Both the position numbers and the translations under genes were made by a program. The notes under the pieces were generated by a model. The model was not told where the DNA came from. It made no database searches and saw only the letters and a program-made list of their open reading frames with translations. 64,000 bases of DNA from positions 672,001 through 736,000 of the forward strand of contig CBDAOY010000007.1 in assembly GCA_965198225.1 (NCBI GenBank). The letters run 5' to 3'. How positions within the stretch are numbered: the stretch's first letter is position 1; each line of letters opens with the position of its first letter. The stretch comes from Terriglobia bacterium (GTDB lineage Bacteria > Acidobacteriota > Terriglobia > 20CM-2-55-15). This document shows positions 58,678 to 64,000 of this stretch, piece after piece.

Positions 58678-61017
58678 GTGACGAGCACACCTGAGAACGA
58701 GCTGGAGAGGGCCCGTCAGGTGTGCCGCACCGAGGATCAGCCGGCCGACCGCTACCTGGAAGCCGTCGACAGGATCGTTGCCATCTGCCTCCAATCTCCC
58801 GAGCTGGTCGGAGAGGAGACATTGTCTTCGCTGGGCGGCCTTCTCCGCCGCGAAGAACTGCCCAAGTCCGTCATCGACCACACCCTGATTGCGATAGCCG
58901 TCGTTGCCTATAGCGTTCCGGCCCTGCTTTCGGGTGCGCTCGAGTTTGTTCGGGACTTTTTGAAAGACCCTCCCGCTGAAGTCGCGAGCGACCATCTTGC
59001 ATCCTCTCTGTTCCTCTGCCTGGTCAAGATAGATCGCACTTCGTCGATGGGCGCTGTGTTGGATGTCCTGCAGGCTCCCTCCTTGTCCGGACCTGTGCGC
59101 GGTTCACTGCTGGCGGCGCTACCGCAGGTTGCGGAATGGAATGACACAGATTCGGCAGGAGAGCAGCTCCTCCAGCTTCTGGACACCCCGGGGCTCTCCG
59201 TGCAGAGGCGAACCGTCGGCCCGATCCTGGAGCGGCTCTGCTTGAGACACCCTGAGGAGGTGACGCCGCAACTGCTGGAGCTTCTGGCGTCATCCAAGCT
59301 CGTTCGCGATTTCCACTACCTCCGGTCCTGGCTGGTGGGGAGAAAGTCTCTGTCTGAAGAGACCCGCGGGAAGCTCGGAAGTGGCGCCGCAGTTTCTGCG
59401 GAAATTCGGTCGGCGGTCCGCAGGCGCCTCGGGGACGGGGCGTGTCGAGTTTTGATCGTCCACAACATCAACGACTCCCGGTCGAGCGAAATCGTCCGCG
59501 TCACCCCACTCGCCGACGCGCTGCTGGCGCTCAATCCCCGGTTGGAAATCACGCTGGTGACCCGGCGTCGGTATCTCTATGACCATCCACGAGTGAAGGT
59601 CATTTCAGTGGAAAATGCCGGCGCCGTCTACGAGTGCCTGGAGTCGCGGTTGCAGGCCGTGATCGATTTCTACGAAGCGGGTAACAAGCGTCAGAACTAC
59701 CGCCCGGAGCTGGAGCTGGCCGTTCAGGAGCACGTTTCGAAGGAGCGTCCGTTATTCATATCCGCGGGCAAGGGCACGGACCAGTTCACGTTCAGCCGCC
59801 TGATGTTGGGCCGGATGGACTATGCGGGTGATCTCGATCTGGACGTTCAGCGGGTTCCGAACGTATACGATCCGAGCTACCGCCTTGCGGCGGTGCTCGG
59901 AATACCGTTGAGGATGGGAGAAGAACAGCCCGATGACGGATCTATCCTGGTGGCCTCGCCCTCGGATGAAGCCCGGGCAGAGTGGACACGCCTCACCGAG
60001 CGTTGCGGCGCAGGGGGGGACCGGCCGATCGCCCTGGTGAATCCTTTCGGCGAGTCCGACCTGTTGAGGGGTTTCACCCCCGAAACGGCGCCTTCCCTCG
60101 CGGCTGAACTCGAAGTTCTCGTGGGCGAAGGGTATTCCGTCGTTATTCTGCCGAACGGCTTGAGCTGGGGTACCGGGGCGGAAGCCGTCAACGCGGTTCG
60201 ATCCGAGTTCCAGCCGTTCATCACGACAGCCCCGGATCTGGTCCTGAGCGGTGCGGATTCAGATGCTTCGAAGAAACTCCCGTTGGATCGTGCCGATCAG
60301 ATTTTGCGCTGGTTCAAGTATTTTTCGAGCTATGCGGATCTGGTCGTAACAGTCGAGGGCTGGCTCATGCACCTGGCATACCAGATGGGGAGGCCCTACA
60401 GCCTGTGGATGATGCCATACTCGGGACAGCTCGAATGGCACCCTTTCGGCGCGAGCGCCAGACAGCACATCGTTGCAGGAATGAGCTCGCACACTTCCCC
60501 GGACACCGGGTCGGAGCTTCTTGGTGAATCCGACGAGCCGCCCCAGCCGCGCTATCCCCGGAAGGAATTGTTGCTGTACCTGCTCGAGGGCCTCGGGAAG
60601 ATGGAGGGATCGTTTGCCGCCGGTCCTCTCCTGCTTGCCGCTCGCAGCGTGGATCGACATGTTCGCGCCGCCGCGATCGCAGCTCTCGCTCGTTTTGAGA
60701 GCGAGGAAACCAGAAAGGTGGCTCTGGGCGCTCTGCGGGACCCCTCCTGGGAGGTGCGGGCCGCAGCCGCCGAAGCCCTGCTTTACTCTCGCCGTGATCT
60801 GCGGTGGGAGTTGGACGAAGGCTATGAACGCGTCCTGCGATGCCACTCGTTGATCGGTAAGGGGCGGTGGGCTGACGTACTCGCGATCGGCAAGGCGGCG
60901 ATGGCTCCACTGATGCTGGCGATGAAGGATGAGGATCCAGCGATGCGTCGAGAGGCCAAAGACTGGTTTACCAGACTGACCAGTGTGAAAAAGGAAAAGG
61001 AAAGTCCCTGGCAGTGA
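58678..61017 (+). CDS. Helical-repeat / GT9 glycosyltransferase-like / HEAT repeat fusion protein
   Basis: GGAGG before the GTG at 58678. GT9-like VLIVHN...TPLADALL...EITLVT and ADLVVTVEG..MHLA..MGRP. HEAT repeats VRAAAIAAL and DPSWEVRAAAAEAL. Confidence 0.65.
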   Translation: MTSTPENELERARQVCRTEDQPADRYLEAVDRIVAICLQSPELVGEETLSSLGGLLRREELPKSVIDHTLIAIAVVAYSVPALLSGALEFVRDFLKDPPAEVASDHLASSLFLCLVKIDRTSSMGAVLDVLQAPSLSGPVRGSLLAALPQVAEWNDTDSAGEQLLQLLDTPGLSVQRRTVGPILERLCLRHPEEVTPQLLELLASSKLVRDFHYLRSWLVGRKSLSEETRGKLGSGAAVSAEIRSAVRRRLGDGACRVLIVHNINDSRSSEIVRVTPLADALLALNPRLEITLVTRRRYLYDHPRVKVISVENAGAVYECLESRLQAVIDFYEAGNKRQNYRPELELAVQEHVSKERPLFISAGKGTDQFTFSRLMLGRMDYAGDLDLDVQRVPNVYDPSYRLAAVLGIPLRMGEEQPDDGSILVASPSDEARAEWTRLTERCGAGGDRPIALVNPFGESDLLRGFTPETAPSLAAELEVLVGEGYSVVILPNGLSWGTGAEAVNAVRSEFQPFITTAPDLVLSGADSDASKKLPLDRADQILRWFKYFSSYADLVVTVEGWLMHLAYQMGRPYSLWMMPYSGQLEWHPFGASARQHIVAGMSSHTSPDTGSELLGESDEPPQPRYPRKELLLYLLEGLGKMEGSFAAGPLLLAARSVDRHVRAAAIAALARFESEETRKVALGALRDPSWEVRAAAAEALLYSRRDLRWELDEGYERVLRCHSLIGKGRWADVLAIGKAAMAPLMLAMKDEDPAMRREAKDWFTRLTSVKKEKESPWQ

Positions 61018-61039
61018 CGAACCTTGCGGCTAGCGACAG

Positions 61040-61312
61040 CTATTCGGATTCTTCGTCCCTGTCAGTCCTTTCGACTCGCTCGACTTCGATACTGCATTCC
61101 GTCAGCAGGGCGACGAGCGCGCCGATCGCCGCAAGCACCGGCGCGAGTACGGCGCCGACGACCCCTACCGTCAGCGGGAACTCGGCAACTATGTCTCCCG
61201 ATTGTCTGATCCGGACACGGCGCACATTGCCTTCCTCGATGATCTTCTTGACCTGATCGAGCGCTGCGCTCCCTTCCGACTTTATGGTTTCCCACCACGT
61301 GCGTTCGGACAT
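61040..61312 (-). CDS. DUF4342 family small protein
   Basis: VKKIIEEGNVRRV...EFPLTVGVVG...APVLAAIGA...CSIEVER. Confidence 0.8.
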   Translation of the reverse strand: MSERTWWETIKSEGSAALDQVKKIIEEGNVRRVRIRQSGDIVAEFPLTVGVVGAVLAPVLAAIGALVALLTECSIEVERVERTDRDEESE

Positions 61313-61339
61313 GAGATCGACCTCCCTTGTGAATCAACC

Positions 61340-61615
61340 CTAGGGTCCTGAGTTAGAAATACGTTCACTATCTCCGATGGACGTTGCCACCCGCCGGGTG
61401 GACGTTGACCCGATCGACAACGGGGGTATGCACGCGGCCGGCTCGGCCTTCACAACCGGCAACTTCCATCGGCCCTGCGGGTTCGGGCGGAACGGCGCCG
61501 TCTTTGGAGTCGCTCCTCCTCGCAATGAATGAGCATTGGCTCGTCGTCGCTCCGCCAAATCCAGCGTCGTTGTGTTCCTAAATATAGCAAACGTACTTCG
61601 AACTCAGGACCCTAG
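61340..61615 (-). mobile_element. 276-bp MITE-like element: CTAG ends, own TIRs, core homologous to 31161-31436
   Basis: Left CTAGGGTCCTGAGTTAGAAATACGTT; right (reverse complement) CTAGGGTCCTGAGTTCGAAGTACGTT. Confidence 0.8.
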
Positions 61616-61747
61616 CGATGGAGTGCAATTCCGTGAGCTGGAGAATCGGAAAGATCTCTCCCGTGGAATAGGGCCCACTGTGGCAGAGCTTACAACCATA
61701 GTACGTCCGGGAGCGTATGATTGTTCCTTGTGACCTGTAACAGGCCA

Positions 61748-61919
61748 CTAGCAGGCTGCTGAAAAACTCCGTTTTTCGGCTGTCTGTGTCGCGGCATAGG
61801 ATGTGCCGCCGCCATTTTCGATGGCTGTAAGCCATTGAGAATGTGAGGCACCTGAGAATCACACTTCTCAGGTGACGTTGCTGAAAAAGCCACTGAGGGC
61901 TTTTTCAGCATCCTGCTAG
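61748..61919. mobile_element. 172-bp IS-end-derived MITE flanked by CTAG
   Basis: CTAGCAGGCTGCTGAAAAA ... TTTTTCAGCATCCTGCTAG. It abuts a collapsed family C footprint at 61730-61751. Confidence 0.78.
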
Positions 61920-61927
61920 AGGTGTTC

Positions 61928-63310
61928 ATGAGCAGGCTACCTGGCCTCGCCGTGGCGATGGCGCTTTCGATCGTGCTACCGGCGCTCGGAGCGCAGCAGT
62001 TCGAGCCGCCGGAGATGGCACTGTTTTTCCAGGCGGGCGGCGAGGATGAAGATACGGCCCAGAGCGCGCTCGCAAAGATTGGCGCGAGCTGGAAGGATGG
62101 GTACGCTCCCATCCTCGTCACGCTGGCGCGGTTGATGCGACCGCCATCGCCGATCCGACACCGTTTGATCGACTTTCTCGGCGAGCAGACGGGCCAGGAC
62201 TTTGGGCAGGATCTTGCAGCGTGGCAACGATGGACGTGGAAGCTTCCCTACGACCCGCACCCCAACTACGGCCCGTTCCTGGGAGCAATGTACGGCCAGG
62301 TCGATCGTCGGATGATGGATTTCTTTCCCATCGGCGTCGAGGCCACCATCGAGGCCACCATCCGCCTGGATGAAGTCGACTGGGGTGGGGTCAGCGTGAA
62401 CGGCATTCCGCCTCTGGACCATCCGGTCCATATCCCGGCCTCGGAGGCGGACTACCTTTCTGACGACCATGTCGTTTTTGGAATTGCCGTCAACGGAGAG
62501 GCCCGTGCCTACCCGAAGAGAATCCTGGCATGGCACGAGATGGCGGCCGACCAGATCGGAGGAGTCGAACTGACGATCATTTACTGCACCCTCTGCGGCA
62601 CGGTTCTTCCCTACGAGAGTGTCGTAGATGGGGCTTTGAGGAAGTTTGGCACGAGCGGTTTTCTCTACCGCTCCAACAAACTGTTCTTCGACGAGGCGAC
62701 CAAGAGCCTTTGGTCGACCCTGGAGGGGCGTCCGGTTGTCGGCGAACTGGCTGGAACCGATCTGGAATTGAAGCTGAGATCGTCGGTCACGACGACCTGG
62801 GGAGAGTGGCGCCGCGAGCACCCCGCAACGACGGTGCTTTCGATCGACACGGGGTACGATCGGGATTACGGCGAAGGTGTCGCCTACAAGGAATATTTTG
62901 CCACCGACCGCCTGATGTTCCAGGTTCCCGAAACCGACGACCGACTCCGCAACAAGGACGAAGTTCTGGTGATGCTGATCGAGCCCTCATCGGGTACCGG
63001 TGATCGTCAACCTGTCGCGATATCAGCCGAGTTCCTGGACGATAACCGTGTCTACCCTTTCGAGCTTGATGGGCGTTCGTATGTGGTGATCACCTCCGAG
63101 AGGGGAGCGAACCGGGTGTTTGAGACGGCGGCGGTTCGATTCAGACGGGATGACGATTCCGATCGTATCCGCGACCGGGAAGGCAGGACCTGGACTGTGA
63201 GTGAGGACGCCCTGGTATCAGGTGATGATCGACTTGCCCGGGTCACGGCCAACCGGGCCTTCTGGTTCGGCTGGTACTCGCAGTTTCCCGAAACCAGGCT
63301 GATCAAGTGA
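61928..63310 (+). CDS. DUF3179 domain secreted protein (CxxC form)
   Basis: Signal peptide; GIPPLDHP, ARAYP..IL.WHE, YCTLCGT, FGTSGFLY.SN, TTWGEW...HP, FWFGW. Confidence 0.85.
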   Translation: MSRLPGLAVAMALSIVLPALGAQQFEPPEMALFFQAGGEDEDTAQSALAKIGASWKDGYAPILVTLARLMRPPSPIRHRLIDFLGEQTGQDFGQDLAAWQRWTWKLPYDPHPNYGPFLGAMYGQVDRRMMDFFPIGVEATIEATIRLDEVDWGGVSVNGIPPLDHPVHIPASEADYLSDDHVVFGIAVNGEARAYPKRILAWHEMAADQIGGVELTIIYCTLCGTVLPYESVVDGALRKFGTSGFLYRSNKLFFDEATKSLWSTLEGRPVVGELAGTDLELKLRSSVTTTWGEWRREHPATTVLSIDTGYDRDYGEGVAYKEYFATDRLMFQVPETDDRLRNKDEVLVMLIEPSSGTGDRQPVAISAEFLDDNRVYPFELDGRSYVVITSERGANRVFETAAVRFRRDDDSDRIRDREGRTWTVSEDALVSGDDRLARVTANRAFWFGWYSQFPETRLIK

Positions 63311-63364
63311 TGTGAAGGTAGCCAGGGTCGTTCGCCCCATCGACATGGTCCGTGAGAGACCCAC

Positions 63365-63428
63365 GTGAGGGGGACAGGGCTTGCCCTGTCCCCGGGTGTT
63401 GGCTGAGTAGAAATGTTACGGAACGACT
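63365..63428 (+). repeat. REP-like family A copy
   Basis: GTGAGGGGGACAGGGCTTGCCCTGTCCCCGGGTGTT. Confidence 0.85.
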
Positions 63429-63488
63429 ATCGGAAAATCCACAATTGAAGTTCGAAATCGTAGGATCTGAGATTTCAGATCGGAGCCA

Positions 63489-64000
63489 CTACACCCGCCC
63501 CATTCTCTTGATCTCTTTGTACCGGAAGCAGTCCACGCTGTGATCGTTGACCATGCCGACAGCCTGCATGAACGCATAACAGATCGTCGAGCCGACGAAG
63601 CGGAAGCCATGTGCCTTCAGGTCCTTACCCATCGCGTCCGATTGTCCGGTTTGAGCGGGCACGTCGCGAGGCCGGGAGAACCGGTTCTGGATGGCTTTCC
63701 CGGCGGTGAACTGCCAGATGTATGAGTCGAAGGAGCCGAATTCTTTCCAGACCCGCCCAAAGGCCCTGGCGTTCCCGATCGAAGCCGCAACTTTCAGGCG
63801 GTTCCTGACGATGCCCGGATTACCCAGCAACTGTTGCACCTTGCGGTCTCGATAGCGGGCGATCTTCGCCGGTTCGAAGCTATCGTACGCCTTGCGGTAG
63901 TTTTCCCTTTTCTTCAGGATCGTCGACCAACTCAGGCCGGCCTGGACACCCTCCAGGATCAGAAACTCGAACAGCACCCGATCGTCATGGACAGGAACTC
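63489..64000 (-). CDS. tag: DNA-3-methyladenine glycosylase I, 5'-partial
   Basis: LFEFLILEGVQAGLSW, IVRNRLK, GFRFVGSTICYAFMQAVGMVNDH..DC. Confidence 0.95.
   Translation of the reverse strand, partial: VPVHDDRVLFEFLILEGVQAGLSWSTILKKRENYRKAYDSFEPAKIARYRDRKVQQLLGNPGIVRNRLKVAASIGNARAFGRVWKEFGSFDSYIWQFTAGKAIQNRFSRPRDVPAQTGQSDAMGKDLKAHGFRFVGSTICYAFMQAVGMVNDHSVDCFRYKEIKRMGRV

Noticed and set aside
61400-61430. CGTTGACCC resembling the start of the glutamine (glnA) riboswitch
   Set aside because: The downstream conserved segments are absent, and it lies inside a repeat element far from the nitrogen genes.
61340-61862. Short ORFs in the DUF4342-DUF3179 spacer
   Set aside because: They lie within MITE-like repeats and show no transposase motifs.

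Overview
A GC-rich bacterial chromosome segment of about 57 genes. Gene content and order (def-fmt-PASTA-rpe-bamD, valS-nadC-birA-coaX, mlaEFD, large beta-rich secreted proteins) suggest Acidobacteriota; this is an inference. Most of it is housekeeping. Points of interest: (1) an OsmC-like gene missed by the ORF track, with an in-frame UGA at the first catalytic Cys followed by a bSECIS-like hairpin, so a probable selenoprotein (58095-58553, minus strand); (2) a compact nitrogen-control island holding the full GlnD/PII/GlnE/GS cascade plus a second GSI-alpha paralogue with several altered active-site residues; (3) an OvoA/EgtB-hybrid sulfoxide synthase next to EgtD; (4) a RomR-like response regulator overlapping valS; (5) a junction near 14.3 kb where a B12 radical SAM gene and a phosphodiesterase gene are both cut off at a 23-bp duplication; (6) tandem secreted paralogues that differ by a clean Reeler-domain deletion; (7) a HEAT-GT9-HEAT fusion protein; (8) many intergenic REP/MITE families, including two 276-bp elements that share a core but have different inverted-repeat arms. 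I found no rRNA, tRNA, CRISPR array, transposase or prophage. All family calls come from recognising motifs by eye, not from database searches.
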